Positions 10,918 to 21,805 of a stretch of 64,000 nucleotides of DNA are shown one piece after another (the first letter of the stretch is position 1; each line of letters opens with the position of its first letter). The stretch is from positions 1 through 64,000 of the forward strand of contig CALSNU010000005.1 in the NCBI GenBank assembly GCA_943787795.1, given 5' to 3'. A program made the translations under genes and the position numbers. The notes below the pieces were generated by a model that worked only from the letters and a program-made list of their open reading frames with translations, ran no database searches and was not told where the DNA came from. The stretch is from an uncultured bacterium. GTDB lineage: Bacteria > Planctomycetota > UBA1135 > GCA-002686595.

Positions 10918-10972
10918 AGAGCGGTTGCCGGGTCTGCTCAAGGGTTGTGGAGATCCGGTCGATGCAGCCCCA

Positions 10973-11902
10973 ATGCCCGCGCGCGCGATGCTCTCGTTCC
11001 TTGGCCTCGCCCAGCCTCGCTTCAAGCGGGGGGGGCTCGTGGCGATGGGGGCCCTCGTGGTCGCGGTGGCTGGCAGCGTCAACCTCGCCACGGGATCGTC
11101 TGTGTGGGTCCAGCAGGGGGATCGGAGCGCGTCAGCGCCCTCGTCCGCCGGGGACGATTCCCGCACCCTTGGCTGGCTTCAACGGGTGGTCGCGGCCGCC
11201 ATCGCGGAGCCGGTGACCACCTGTGAGTACTTCCTGCTCGCGCCCGAGGGGAGCGAGGGGGAGGACGTGGACGGCCCCACTGGAGGAGGGCTCGCGCTCA
11301 TCGCCCAGCGACGCGTCGTCCGCCCAACCGTGACCCTGATCGAGCGCGAGGTCCTCTTCGAGGAAGGCAGCCTGCGCGTCCTTCACACGGAGCGACTCCA
11401 GGGCCGGCGGCGCACCCTCACCTACCGCGAGATTCAGCCGACAGGCGCTCGAACGTGGCTGGCCGAGTGGACCGTGGACGGCGGATCGGGCCGCATCCTG
11501 GGCCACGGGTGGCGCAGGCCGACCCACGAGTCCTTCGTCGCGCCCCGTGGGCTTGTTGGGCCCCTGGAGCTCCTCGAGGGGCTGCGGTCGGGCTCGGTAC
11601 GTGGACCCGTTCAGGTGGTCGACCCGCTCGCTGCGAAGCCTTCGCAATTGAGCGCCGAGGTCTTGCCCGGATCGGCGCCAGAGATTGACACACTGCGCGC
11701 GACGCGGTCGGACGGGACGCTCCTGGTCGAGGCTGGAGTCTCGGCGGGAGAGCGAGCCCTGTCTCACCTGCGGTTTGCAAGGGGACAGCGGATCGGGCGG
11801 CCCATCTCGCGGGAAGAGTACGAGCGCCGCCATGAGCTGTGGAACCGCCCAAGGGTTCCGGCGCACGAGCGAGCCCGCGCGGCGCTCCTAGGGCCTCGCT
11901 GA
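10973..11902 (+). CDS. Hypothetical membrane-anchored/exported protein
   Basis: N-terminal hydrophobic segment followed by a beta-rich domain. Start uncertain. Confidence 0.55.
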   Translation: MPARAMLSFLGLAQPRFKRGGLVAMGALVVAVAGSVNLATGSSVWVQQGDRSASAPSSAGDDSRTLGWLQRVVAAAIAEPVTTCEYFLLAPEGSEGEDVDGPTGGGLALIAQRRVVRPTVTLIEREVLFEEGSLRVLHTERLQGRRRTLTYREIQPTGARTWLAEWTVDGGSGRILGHGWRRPTHESFVAPRGLVGPLELLEGLRSGSVRGPVQVVDPLAAKPSQLSAEVLPGSAPEIDTLRATRSDGTLLVEAGVSAGERALSHLRFARGQRIGRPISREEYERRHELWNRPRVPAHERARAALLGPR

Positions 11903-12026
11903 ACGCCGCACGTTGGCACAGCGTAAGGGGTGAGCGATCGAGGAATCCGTGCGGGTTTTCAGCACGAAAACCACGGGGGAAACGGAACATGGGCATGGCC
12001 CCGTTCGATCTCTTCCCGGCCTCACC

Positions 12027-13730
12027 TTGAGCTACCCCCACTCTCACGCGCGAATCTCGCTGGCCGTCGCGGCCAGCGCGCTGCTCTTCCAGGGCTGTTT
12101 CACGCCACCCGAGCTCCGGGACAGGGCAGACAGAGACGCGTACGCCCTGATCGACGCGCGGCGCAAGCAGCTGTTTGACCAGGACACCCCCTTCTCGCTG
12201 CCCGCGCCCACGGCGAGCTTTGGGCGTGAGCCTCGGGATGCGGCGGACTGGACCATGAGGGAGAAGGTCCTCGCCGGCGCCGTGACCGGTGTTGGCCCCC
12301 TGAACGTGGTCTCGGCGCTCTCGATCGCGGCGGAGAACAGCGAGGACGTTCAGCAGCAGCAGGAGTCGCTCTACCGCACTTCGCTGGACCTCACCCTTGA
12401 GCAGTGGCGCTTCGGCTACCAGTACGACGCGTCCGTCGACGGCGGTGCCAGCGGCGAGATCAACGGCAACCTGGGCACCGCATCGAAGGGCTTCAGCGCC
12501 TCGGTGTCGCGGGTGCTGGGGACCGGCGCGGTCATCCTCGCCGACGTGGGGGCGAGCCTGTTCCGGGTCGTCTCGACCGGTGATGGATGGGACGGCATCA
12601 CGAACGTTGGCCTCAGCATCACGCAGCCGCTCCTCAAGGGGACCGGCGCGCTGGTGACCCTCGAGCCGCTGCGCCAGACCGAGCGCACGCTCATCTACGC
12701 GGTCCGCGCCTACGAGCGGTTTCGGCGGACGTACGCGGTCGACGTCAGCGACCGGGTGTACCGGGTCCAGCAGTCGCTCGACCAGCTCAACAACGAGCGG
12801 CTGAACTTCGAGAACCTGCGCCTCCTCCGGGTCCGTAACGAGCGCCTCGCCGAGGCGGGGGAGCTCTCCGAGGTGCAGGCAGACCAGGCGCGCCAGGACG
12901 AGCTCGGGTCGCAGAACCGCCTCGTCGTGCTGCAGGGCAACACCGAGCGTCAGCTCGACACGTTCAAGGTCTTCCTCGGTCTTCCTGTGGAGTGCGAGCT
13001 CTTCTTCGAGGAGGGCATCCTCCGGCGCCTCGAGGTGGAGAGCCCCGTGCTGGACCTCCTTCGCGACGACGTCGCCGTTGAGTTCGCCCTCGAGAACCGA
13101 CTCGACGTGATGACCTCCTTCGATCGCGTCCAGGACGCGGTGCGCAAGGAGGCGATCGCGCGCGACGCTCTGCGCGCGGGCCTCAGCGTCAGCGCCTCGG
13201 TGCGGGAGGTGACCGCCGAAGGCAAGGTCCTCCAGTACTCGTTCAGCGACGCGATCTGGTCGGCGGGTGTGGACGTGGACCTGCCCATCGATCTGCTGCC
13301 GCTGCGAAACGCCTGGCGCCGCGCCGAGCTCACCCTCGTGGACGTCCGCCGCCGGTACGAGCGATCCCTCGACGACGTCACGGCGTCTGTCCGCGACGCG
13401 CTCCGTCGAGCCCGCAACAGCTACAAGTCGTTCATGATCCAGCAGGGAGCCGTGACCCTCTCCGAGCGCCGCGTTCGCGGTGCGGAGCTGAGCCTCGAGG
13501 CCGGTGAGGCCATCACGCGAGACCTCCTCGAGGCCCAGAGCTCGCTGCGCTCGAGCCGTGACTCGGCCACCGCCGCCCGGATCGCCTTCACCCTCGACCT
13601 CCTCAACCTCTGGCTCGAGCTCGAGCTCCTGCGAGTGGACGAGTCCGGGGTCTTCGTGGACCCCGCCCTCTCCGAGGACCTCCGCGTCCGAACCCTGGAG
13701 CGCGACGCCCTCGCTCCCGACCTCCAGTGA
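12027..13730 (+). CDS. TolC-family outer membrane efflux lipoprotein
   Basis: Lipobox-like LLFQGC, coiled-coil OEP repeats, DLLEAQ motif; first gene of an exporter operon. Start uncertain. Confidence 0.85.
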   Translation: MSYPHSHARISLAVAASALLFQGCFTPPELRDRADRDAYALIDARRKQLFDQDTPFSLPAPTASFGREPRDAADWTMREKVLAGAVTGVGPLNVVSALSIAAENSEDVQQQQESLYRTSLDLTLEQWRFGYQYDASVDGGASGEINGNLGTASKGFSASVSRVLGTGAVILADVGASLFRVVSTGDGWDGITNVGLSITQPLLKGTGALVTLEPLRQTERTLIYAVRAYERFRRTYAVDVSDRVYRVQQSLDQLNNERLNFENLRLLRVRNERLAEAGELSEVQADQARQDELGSQNRLVVLQGNTERQLDTFKVFLGLPVECELFFEEGILRRLEVESPVLDLLRDDVAVEFALENRLDVMTSFDRVQDAVRKEAIARDALRAGLSVSASVREVTAEGKVLQYSFSDAIWSAGVDVDLPIDLLPLRNAWRRAELTLVDVRRRYERSLDDVTASVRDALRRARNSYKSFMIQQGAVTLSERRVRGAELSLEAGEAITRDLLEAQSSLRSSRDSATAARIAFTLDLLNLWLELELLRVDESGVFVDPALSEDLRVRTLERDALAPDLQ

Positions 13731-13756
13731 TGCCTCGACTCCCGAGGCCGCGACTG

Positions 13757-15565
13757 ATGGAAACGCCCATGACTCCGACTGCCAACCTTCGATTCTCTGC
13801 AGCACCTTCGGCTGACCGTCGGGGCGGCGCTCTGACGATCATCCTTGTCCTCGTGGCGCTAGCCGCAGGGGCGTGGCAGTCGGGACTCCTGAAGGGGATC
13901 TTCGAGGGCGAGGTCGAGGTCAAGATCGAGGGCGCCCCGGTCCGCACCGGACCCCTCCGGATCTCGGAGGTCGTCCGCGGCAACCTTGAGGCCTCGGACA
14001 GCATCAGCCTCAAGTGCGAGATCGAGGGCCGCTCCACGATCATCTACTTGGCGGAAGAGGGGACCTCCCTCAACGCGGGTGACCTCGTCGTGGAGCTCGA
14101 TGTCTCCCAGCTCGCGGACGAGCTCGTCGCCCAGGAGATCGCGGTCAAGAACGCGGAGGCGGCCTTCACCAAGGCGCGCGAGCAGTACGACATCCAGGTC
14201 ATCCAGAACGAGAGCGATCTGGCGGCGGCCGAACTCGCCCTCGAACTGGCCGAGCTTGACCTCGCCAAGTACACGGGCAACCCCGAGGCCAATGAGCCCG
14301 GAGAGTGGGACAACGAGCTCGGGTCGGCTGAGGAGGCTGTGCTGCTCGGAGAGGAGGAGCTCTCCACGGCGGAGAAGGAGCTCAGCTGGGCTATCAAGCT
14401 GCACGCCGAGGAGTTCAAGTCGCAGAACGAGCTGGAGGAGAAGCAGTTCGCCAGGCAGCGGTCGGAGGTGAAGCTGGCTCAGGCGCGGCGAGAGCTCGCG
14501 CTGATGATCAAGTTCGGCAACCGCCGCAAGCTCGCGGAGCTCCAGTCCGATGTGGACACGCGTCGCCGCGACATCAGCAAGACCGTGAAGCAGGCGGCGG
14601 CCAAGCTCGCGGACTTCCTGGCCGAGCGAGAGTCAGCGAGCTTCAAGCTCGTGCGAGAGCGCGAGCAGCTGGACGAGCTCAAGCAGCAGGTGGGCAAGTC
14701 CAAGATCTACGCGCCTGAGCCGGGGCTGCTGGTCTATGCGCGGGAGAAGAGTCGGTGGGGCTCGGGGGACACGATCGAGGAGGGCACCGAGGTCCGCGAG
14801 CGTCAGGAGCTCTGCACGATCCCCAGGCAGGGCGGGATGACCGTCAAGGCGAGCATCCACGAGACCAAGCTCAAGAAGATCCAGGCGGGCCTGCCGTGCC
14901 TCGTCACGGTGGACGCCTTCCCCAACCGGACCTTCGAGGGGCGGGTGGAGTTCGTCGCCGTGATGGCGGACTCGGGGAGCTGGCGGAGCAACCCGAACCA
15001 GCGCCTCTACAAGGCCGACATCAGCCTTCTGAACCCGACCCCTGACATGCGGCCCGGGATGTCGTGCAGCGTGGACATCCTCGTCGAGGACCTTGAAGAC
15101 GCGACCTACATCCCTCGGCAGTGCGTCATCCTCGACGGCGGAAAGACCATCGTCTTCAAGCGCACCGAGGCGGGCGTGGAGCGCTGCGAGGTCGAGGTCG
15201 GCCTGGACAACAACAAGTGGGTCTCGATCAACTCAGGCCTCGCCAAGGGGGACATCGTCCTCCTCGCTCCGCCCGCCGACTTCGAGCCTGCGGCGGTGCC
15301 CGACGCCCCGGCGCCTGAGATGGCAGCAGGCGCCCCGGCTGCGGGAGCCCCGGCTGCGGGAGCTCCGGCGGCGAGAGCCTCGGCAGCGGGCGCCAGAGGC
15401 CAGATGCCCGCGGGCCGGCCGGCGGGGAGGGAAGGGCGCGGCGGCAAGCCAGGGGGCACCCTCACTGCCGAGCAGCGGGCCGAGATCGCCAAGCGTATGC
15501 GCGAGCGTGGCGCCAGCTCCGGCGGGTCCGGCCGCGGTGGACGTGGCGGGGGCGGCGACCGGTGA
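13757..15565 (+). CDS. Periplasmic adaptor subunit (HlyD/MacA-like) with long coiled coil
   Basis: N-terminal TM, lipoyl halves (EEGTSLNAGDLVVELD, IYAPEPG), MRPGMS motif. Confidence 0.88.
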   Translation: METPMTPTANLRFSAAPSADRRGGALTIILVLVALAAGAWQSGLLKGIFEGEVEVKIEGAPVRTGPLRISEVVRGNLEASDSISLKCEIEGRSTIIYLAEEGTSLNAGDLVVELDVSQLADELVAQEIAVKNAEAAFTKAREQYDIQVIQNESDLAAAELALELAELDLAKYTGNPEANEPGEWDNELGSAEEAVLLGEEELSTAEKELSWAIKLHAEEFKSQNELEEKQFARQRSEVKLAQARRELALMIKFGNRRKLAELQSDVDTRRRDISKTVKQAAAKLADFLAERESASFKLVREREQLDELKQQVGKSKIYAPEPGLLVYAREKSRWGSGDTIEEGTEVRERQELCTIPRQGGMTVKASIHETKLKKIQAGLPCLVTVDAFPNRTFEGRVEFVAVMADSGSWRSNPNQRLYKADISLLNPTPDMRPGMSCSVDILVEDLEDATYIPRQCVILDGGKTIVFKRTEAGVERCEVEVGLDNNKWVSINSGLAKGDIVLLAPPADFEPAAVPDAPAPEMAAGAPAAGAPAAGAPAARASAAGARGQMPAGRPAGREGRGGKPGGTLTAEQRAEIAKRMRERGASSGGSGRGGRGGGGDR

Positions 15566-16335
15566 GCGATTCCACCTTGGCGAGCGCGAAGCCCCAGCCA
15601 GCGGGGGGCTCGGCACCCTCGGAGCCGGTCGCAGAGCTCTCGGACATCACCCGCATGTACCGCATGGGTGAGGAGGAGGTGCGCGCCCTGGACGGCTTCT
15701 CGTTCACGTTTCGCAAGGGCGAGTACTGGGCCATCATGGGGAGTTCGGGCAGCGGCAAGTCCACGCTGCTCAACATCCTCGGTTGCGTCGATCGCCCGTC
15801 GAGCGGCTCCTACCGCGTGCGCGGCCAGGAGGTCGCCGAACTCGACGACGATGAGCTGTCGACCTTCCGCGGCGCGGAGCTCGGCTTCATCTTCCAGTCG
15901 TACAACCTGATCCCGCAGCTGGATGTCCTGGAGAACATCCTCATGCCGGTCATGTACCAGGACGAGGTCCCCGAAGGGATCGAGGACCGAGCACTCGAGC
16001 TGGCGAAGCGCGTCGGGCTCGGCGAGCGCCTCCATCACCGACCCATGCAGCTCTCCGGCGGCCAGCAGCAGCGCGTCGCCATCGCACGCTCGCTGATCAA
16101 CGACCCCGCCCTGATCCTCGCGGATGAGGCGACCGGTAACCTCGACAGCAAGACCGCGGACGAGATCCTCGAGCTCTTCGACGAGCTGCACGCCGAGGGC
16201 AAGACCATCCTGCTCGTGACCCACGAGGCCGAGGTCGGCCGTCGGGCCGAGAACATCCTGCGGCTCAAGGACGGCAACATCGAGACCGTCGAGCGCGGCG
16301 CAGAGCGCACGGGGGCTGTCGCCGATGCGCAGTAG
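15562..16335 (+). CDS. ABC transporter ATP-binding protein (MacB/LolD-like)
   Basis: Motifs [31 protein letters not shown] and VTHE. Confidence 0.95.
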   Translation: MSDSTLASAKPQPAGGSAPSEPVAELSDITRMYRMGEEEVRALDGFSFTFRKGEYWAIMGSSGSGKSTLLNILGCVDRPSSGSYRVRGQEVAELDDDELSTFRGAELGFIFQSYNLIPQLDVLENILMPVMYQDEVPEGIEDRALELAKRVGLGERLHHRPMQLSGGQQQRVAIARSLINDPALILADEATGNLDSKTADEILELFDELHAEGKTILLVTHEAEVGRRAENILRLKDGNIETVERGAERTGAVADAQ

Positions 16336-17596
16336 TTCACTGGCCCGCGCGGTACGCCTCGGGGTCTCGAGCCTGCTGCTCCACAAGCTCCGCAGCTTCC
16401 TGACGACCCTGGGCGTGCTCTTCGGAGTGGCGAGCGTGATCGCGATGCTCGCGGTGGGCGAGGGCGCCAGCGCGGAAGCTCAGGACCAGATCCGACGGCT
16501 CGGTAGCCGGAACGTCATCCTGCGGAGCGTCAAGCCGCCCCAGGTCGGCGACGAAGACGCCGAGACGCGCGTGCTCAGCTACGGGCTGACCCGCGACGAC
16601 TTCGAGCGCATTTCCGAGACGTTCCCAGGCATCGAGCAGTCCGTGCCCGTGCTCCAGACCCCCGCCGAGGTGCGCAGCGGCCAGCTCCTCTGCCGCCCTC
16701 GGGTCCTCTGCACGCCGCACCTCTTCCAGTCGGTGACGCGACGGGACCTCTTCTCGGGCCGCTTTCTGACCGAGCAGGACGAGGCGAATCGCTCCCTCGT
16801 CTGCGTCCTCGGCTACGAGGTTGCGCGCTTCCTCTTCCCCTTCGACACGGCTCTTGGCGAGCGGGTCAAGGTGGGGGAGCACTACCTCGAGGTGGTGGGG
16901 GTGCTCTATTCGAGGATGCCGGTGGGGAGCGTCACCCTCGACCCCTCCAGCGAGGCGGGCGGGGAGGTCTTCCTGCCCCTGTCCACCGGTCGGGCCTACT
17001 TCGGGGAGCGCCAGACCCAGATGCGCAGCGGCTCGATGGACATCCAGGAGGTCCAGCTCCACGAGATCATCGTCGCCGCGGAGCGTGACATCGACGTCCC
17101 CGTCGTCGCCGCCGCCTGTCGCTCGATGCTGAAGCGGGAGCACGATGAGAAGGACTACGAGGTCATCGTGCCCCTCGAGCTCCTCGCACGCGCGGAGGAG
17201 ACCAAGCGCATCTTCAACATCGTCCTGGGCTCGATCGCCGGGATCTCCCTGCTCGTCGGAGGCATCGGCATCATGAACGTGATGCTGGCGACCGTGACGG
17301 AGCGGACACGGGAGATCGGTATTCGCCGGGCCCTCGGCGCTAAGCGCAAGCACATCGTGACCCAGTTCCTGGTGGAGACCATGGTGCTCTCCGGGGCCGG
17401 CGGCGTGGTCGGGGTCGGCGTCGGACTGCTCATCCCCTGGATCGTGGAGCGGACCGCCGAACTCGAGACCATCGTCGAGCCAGCGGCGCCTATCTTCGCC
17501 TTTGGTATCTCGGTGCTCGTGGGGATCGTCTTTGGGCTCTATCCCGCGTGGCGCGCGGCCAACATGGACCCGGTGGAGGCCCTCCGCCACGAGTGA
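16325..17596 (+). CDS. ABC transporter permease (MacB/FtsX-like)
   Basis: Motifs [36 protein letters not shown] and DPVEALRHE. Confidence 0.95.
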   Translation: MRSSSLARAVRLGVSSLLLHKLRSFLTTLGVLFGVASVIAMLAVGEGASAEAQDQIRRLGSRNVILRSVKPPQVGDEDAETRVLSYGLTRDDFERISETFPGIEQSVPVLQTPAEVRSGQLLCRPRVLCTPHLFQSVTRRDLFSGRFLTEQDEANRSLVCVLGYEVARFLFPFDTALGERVKVGEHYLEVVGVLYSRMPVGSVTLDPSSEAGGEVFLPLSTGRAYFGERQTQMRSGSMDIQEVQLHEIIVAAERDIDVPVVAAACRSMLKREHDEKDYEVIVPLELLARAEETKRIFNIVLGSIAGISLLVGGIGIMNVMLATVTERTREIGIRRALGAKRKHIVTQFLVETMVLSGAGGVVGVGVGLLIPWIVERTAELETIVEPAAPIFAFGISVLVGIVFGLYPAWRAANMDPVEALRHE

Positions 17597-17619
17597 TCAG
17601 ACGCCGCTGCCCCGCAGCC

Positions 17620-19197
17620 TCAGGCGAGCCCGTCCCTGAGCGCGAGGGCCGTGGCCATGGCCTGCGGGTCGATCTGGTCCAGGCCGCGAAGGTCGGCGAC
17701 CGTACGCGCGACGCGGCGCAGGGACTGAACCGCGCGGCTGGACAGCTGGCGGCGCTCGGCGGCACGGCGCAGCAGGTCGACCGTGGGCTGGTCGATGGCG
17801 GCTACCGCGTTGAGTTCGTCCCCGCTGAGATCTCTATTCAGGGGAGAGGCCTGGCCCGCCCTGGCCGATGCCCGGGCCGACGCCCTGGCCGATGCCTTAG
17901 AGCGGGCCTCCAGGACCTCGCGGGCGAGGCGCCGCCCCGGGCTCGGGCGAGACGAGGCGCCTCCGGGCGCGGCCCCCTGTTGGAAGAGGGCGTCGAGGGG
18001 GACGGGCCGCAGGGCCACGCGCAAGTCGATCCGATCGAGGACCGGGCCTGAGATTCGCTGGCGGTACCTTCGGACGGAGGCCGGCGGGCAGCGGCAGACC
18101 CGGCGCGGATGGCCCGCGTATCCGCACGGGCAGGGGTTCATGGCGGCGATGAGCTGGAAGTTTGCTGGCAGGGAGAGGCGGCGACCGGCGCGGGCAATGT
18201 GCACCCGTCCTTCCTCCAGCGGTTGACGGAGTCCCTCCAGCGCGTCCCGCCCGAATTCCGGGAGCTCATCGAGGAAGAGAACCCCGCCGTGGGCGAGGGT
18301 GATCTCACCGGGGGCGATGGGGCTCCCGCCGCCGAGGAGCCCGGCGAAGCTCGTGGTGTGATGGGGGGCCCGGAACGGCCGCTCGCGGACGAGGCCATGG
18401 GCCGTACGGCCCGCGGCGGACCGAATCGCGGTGGCCTCGATCCGCTCCGCGAGGTCGGGGACCGGGAGGAGGTCAATGAGCCGCCGGGCCAGCATGGTCT
18501 TGCCTGCGCCGGGGGGGCCGACAAGCAGCAGCCCGTGACCCCCAGTGGCAGCCACCTGGAGGGCGAACTTCGCCTCGGACTGTCCGCGGACCTCATCAAG
18601 GCGCTCACCCGCCGGGGCGGGTTCGTCGCCTGTGGGGTCGGCCGTGAGGGGCTCGGGCCGCTCGGGGTCCCCTGGCCCGTGGGTGAGGATCGCCAGGACG
18701 CCCCCGAGGTCCTCGGCGCTGAACACCGTCAGGTCAGGGAGTTGCGCCACCTCGCGCGCGACGTCGGGTGGCGCGATGACCTCGGTGAGCCCCTGGCGAC
18801 GGGCCTCAAGGGCGGCCGCGAGCCCGCCGGGGGTGGGGCTCAGGCTCCCGTCGATGCCGACCTCGCCCACGAAGAGCGGCCCGCTGACCTGGGCGGGGCG
18901 CAGGTGTCCGACGGCGGCGGCGCTGGCCATGACGAGCGCGAGGTCGAGCCCCGCCCCCGACTTCCGCTTCGCCGCGGGCGTGAGGTGGAGGTGCAGCCGC
19001 CCGGGCCCGGCCTTGAGTCGGCTGGCCCCGAGGACACAAGCCAGCCGCCCCCGGCTCTCCCGGAGGACGGCGTCTGGGAGGCCCGTGAGCTGGATCTCGG
19101 TGGGGCCCTGCTGGAGCGGTTCGAAGCGAGCCTGAACGGTGACGAGGAACGCACCTGCGCCCTCGAGGCAGGCACCATGGACGCGGACGATGTTCAT
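17620..19197 (-). CDS. comM: YifB/ComM Mg-chelatase-like AAA ATPase
   Basis: Motifs GPPGAGKT, PFRAPHHT, LFLDELPEF, AAMNPCPCG and ISGPVLDRID. Confidence 0.92.
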   Translation of the reverse strand: MNIVRVHGACLEGAGAFLVTVQARFEPLQQGPTEIQLTGLPDAVLRESRGRLACVLGASRLKAGPGRLHLHLTPAAKRKSGAGLDLALVMASAAAVGHLRPAQVSGPLFVGEVGIDGSLSPTPGGLAAALEARRQGLTEVIAPPDVAREVAQLPDLTVFSAEDLGGVLAILTHGPGDPERPEPLTADPTGDEPAPAGERLDEVRGQSEAKFALQVAATGGHGLLLVGPPGAGKTMLARRLIDLLPVPDLAERIEATAIRSAAGRTAHGLVRERPFRAPHHTTSFAGLLGGGSPIAPGEITLAHGGVLFLDELPEFGRDALEGLRQPLEEGRVHIARAGRRLSLPANFQLIAAMNPCPCGYAGHPRRVCRCPPASVRRYRQRISGPVLDRIDLRVALRPVPLDALFQQGAAPGGASSRPSPGRRLAREVLEARSKASARASARASARAGQASPLNRDLSGDELNAVAAIDQPTVDLLRRAAERRQLSSRAVQSLRRVARTVADLRGLDQIDPQAMATALALRDGLA

Positions 19198-19299
19198 CAC
19201 CTTCAAGACGGTTCAGGGGCCGACGGGTGACGCTCCTTTCGTCAGCCCGGAGGATCTCGCCTTGCGTGCACACGCCCCACAGGCGACGCTCGTCGAATC

Positions 19300-19635
19300 A
19301 TGAGCCAGACCTACTACGACCCAGAGGACCTGGGGAAGTTCGCCGAGATCGCGGATCACGCGCCCGAGATGGGGAAGAAGTTCTTCGAGTGGTACGGCGA
19401 GGTGTTCAAGGACGGCGCCCTCTCGACCCGCGAGAAGAACCTGATCGCCCTCGGCGTGGCCCACGCGCTGCAGTGCGCGTACTGCATCGACGCCTACACC
19501 AAGGGGTCGCTCGAGCAGGGATGTGACGCGGAGCAGCTCACCGAGGCGGTGCACGTGGCCGCGGCGATCCGAGGGGGCGCCGCCCTCGTGCACGGCGTAC
19601 AGATGCGAAAGGTCGCGGACTCCCTGGGGATGTGA
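19300..19635 (+). CDS. AhpD/carboxymuconolactone-decarboxylase-like protein associated with ArsS
   Basis: YYDPEDL N-terminus, QCAYCIDAY (CxxC) and GGAALVHGVQM. Translationally coupled to arsS. Confidence 0.85.
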   Translation: MSQTYYDPEDLGKFAEIADHAPEMGKKFFEWYGEVFKDGALSTREKNLIALGVAHALQCAYCIDAYTKGSLEQGCDAEQLTEAVHVAAAIRGGAALVHGVQMRKVADSLGM

Positions 19636-20696
19636 GCGCGATGCCGACGCCAGCCACCTCCTCTCTTCAGCGGTCTCGCTCACCCCTCGCGGACCCCCGC
19701 TGGCAGCGCGCGCGGCTCGACGGGGTCGACCTCGCGGGTCGCGACGGTGACTTCGCGGCCGCGGCCGAGGTGGCGTTGAAGGCGCCGCTGTCGGTCACTG
19801 GGATCGAGATCCTGCAGCTGAACCTCGGCCGCCGGTGCAACCTGGCCTGCGTGCACTGTCACGTGGACGCGGGACCGGATCGCAAGGAGGACATGTCCCG
19901 CGCCACGGCCGAGCGCTGCCTCGAGGTCATGGAGGCCTCCGGCGCGGGAGTCGTGGACATCACCGGGGGGGCGCCAGAGATGTCCGACCAGTTCGAGTTC
20001 CTCGTGCAGGGGGCGCGCGCGGCCGGGCGCCATGTGATCGACCGCTGCAACCTCTCCATCCTGCTCACCCGGCCCTACGCGCACCTGGTGGACTTTCTCG
20101 CGGAGCACGAGGTCGAGGTGGTCGCGTCCCTGCCGCACTACCGCAAGCTCAGCACCGACCGCCAGCGCGGTGACGGGGTCTTCGATGACTCCATCGAGGC
20201 CCTGCGTCGGCTGAACGAGCGCGGCTATGGCCGGGATCCGAAGCTCCGCCTCGTGCTCGTGACAAACCCGGTCGGCGCGTTCTTGCCCGCGGGCCAGGCT
20301 TCACTGGAGGCCGAGTGGAAGCGCGAGCTCAAGAGGGCCTACGACATCGACTTCGACGCCCTCTTCACCATCACCAACATGCCCATCAGCCGCTATCTGG
20401 AGTGGCTGGAGACCAAGGGACAGACCGAGGCCTATCTGCGCAAGCTGGTGGACGCCTTCAACCCGGCCTCCGTGGCAGGGGTCATGTGCCGCAACACCCT
20501 GTCGGTGGGATGGGACGGGCGTCTCTTTGACTGCGACTTCAACCAGATGCTCGACATCGGGCTCACCGGCGGACTCCCGGGCCACATCGACAGCTTCGAG
20601 CTGGAGCCCATCGCCAGGCGCACGGTCGCCACAGGGCGTCACTGCTTCGGGTGCACGGCCGGGGCGGGATCCAGCTGCGGCGGCGCGACGACCTGA
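19632..20696 (+). CDS. arsS: Radical SAM / Cys-rich-tail protein (arsenosugar biosynthesis ArsS family)
   Basis: Motifs CNLACVHCH, DITGGAPE, VMCRNTLSV, DCDFNQML and C-terminal HCFGCTAGAGSSCGG. Confidence 0.85.
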   Translation: MSAMPTPATSSLQRSRSPLADPRWQRARLDGVDLAGRDGDFAAAAEVALKAPLSVTGIEILQLNLGRRCNLACVHCHVDAGPDRKEDMSRATAERCLEVMEASGAGVVDITGGAPEMSDQFEFLVQGARAAGRHVIDRCNLSILLTRPYAHLVDFLAEHEVEVVASLPHYRKLSTDRQRGDGVFDDSIEALRRLNERGYGRDPKLRLVLVTNPVGAFLPAGQASLEAEWKRELKRAYDIDFDALFTITNMPISRYLEWLETKGQTEAYLRKLVDAFNPASVAGVMCRNTLSVGWDGRLFDCDFNQMLDIGLTGGLPGHIDSFELEPIARRTVATGRHCFGCTAGAGSSCGGATT

Positions 20697-20739
20697 GGAA
20701 ACCTCGGTCGTCTTGACCTGCGCGGGCTAGTCTGTCCCC

Positions 20740-21735
20740 ATGTCCACCAAGCTCGTCATCACCGCCGCGTTCACGCTCCTCTCCCTGACCGCCTGTGCCT
20801 CTGAGGAGCCCACCTTTGCGCCGGAGGTGCTCACGGTCGACGTGAACCAGTCGATCCTTGCCTGCGGCGAGAGGATCTATGTGGGCGCCCCCGTGATCCT
20901 CTGGGACGATCCGGTGGGCTACAACGCGTACTCGACGGACTTCCACTTCGAGCAGCCGGCGCCCTCCGTGACCGCGCCCGAGCGTGGGGAGCTGCGCTAC
21001 GCCCCGGGGCGAGTGGACCGCGGGACGGGCGAGGTGCTCGTGGCTCCCGAGACCGGCGGCTTCATCGCCCTCCAGCAGGCGCTGGACATGTTCGTGATTC
21101 ACTACGACGTGTGCGGCGTGAGCCAGACCTGCTTCAAGGTGCTCCACGATCGGCGCGGGCTCTCCGTGCACTTCATGATCGACATCGACGGGACGATCTA
21201 TCAGACCCTCGACCTGCGCGACACGGCCTGGCACGCGCGTCAGGTGAACTCGCGCTCGGTCGGCGTTGAGATCGCCAATGTCGGGGCCTATCCCGTGGGA
21301 AGCTCGGACGGCGCCCAGGTCCTGGGCCGCTGGTACGACACGGACGTGGAGGGGCCGCTGATCACGCCTCCAGGCGACCCCAAGAACCTGGGGATCCTCA
21401 CGCCCGGCTTCGTCGGGCGCCCCGCCCGCGGCCGCAAGATCGTGGGCTCCGTTCAAGGGGAGATGCGGGAGCAGTACGACTACACCCCGGAGCAGTACGA
21501 CTCGCTCGTGAAGCTCTCAGCGGCCCTCTGCCGCCACTTCCCGAAGCTGGAGGCCGACGCGCCCCGGAACGCCCTCGGGCGAGTCTCCACCCTCCGCATG
21601 AGCGAGGCAGAGGAGGCGGAGTTCGGCGGGATCGTCGGGCACTACCACGTCTCGGCACAGAAGCAGGACCCCGGTCCGGCCTTCGACTGGGAGCGCTTCC
21701 TGGTCCGGGTGCAGACCCGGATGATGAGCCTCTAG
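20740..21735 (+). CDS. N-acetylmuramoyl-L-alanine amidase (Amidase_2) lipoprotein
   Basis: Lipobox LTAC, plus VIHYD, SVHFMID, AWHA, SVGVEI, GHYHV and KQDPG. Confidence 0.88.
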   Translation: MSTKLVITAAFTLLSLTACASEEPTFAPEVLTVDVNQSILACGERIYVGAPVILWDDPVGYNAYSTDFHFEQPAPSVTAPERGELRYAPGRVDRGTGEVLVAPETGGFIALQQALDMFVIHYDVCGVSQTCFKVLHDRRGLSVHFMIDIDGTIYQTLDLRDTAWHARQVNSRSVGVEIANVGAYPVGSSDGAQVLGRWYDTDVEGPLITPPGDPKNLGILTPGFVGRPARGRKIVGSVQGEMREQYDYTPEQYDSLVKLSAALCRHFPKLEADAPRNALGRVSTLRMSEAEEAEFGGIVGHYHVSAQKQDPGPAFDWERFLVRVQTRMMSL

Positions 21736-21805
21736 TCGACTGACGGCCCTGGCTCGGCCGCGGCTCTGATTGGACCGCGGCGTGGCGGACCCAGCTGCGG
21801 CGGGC

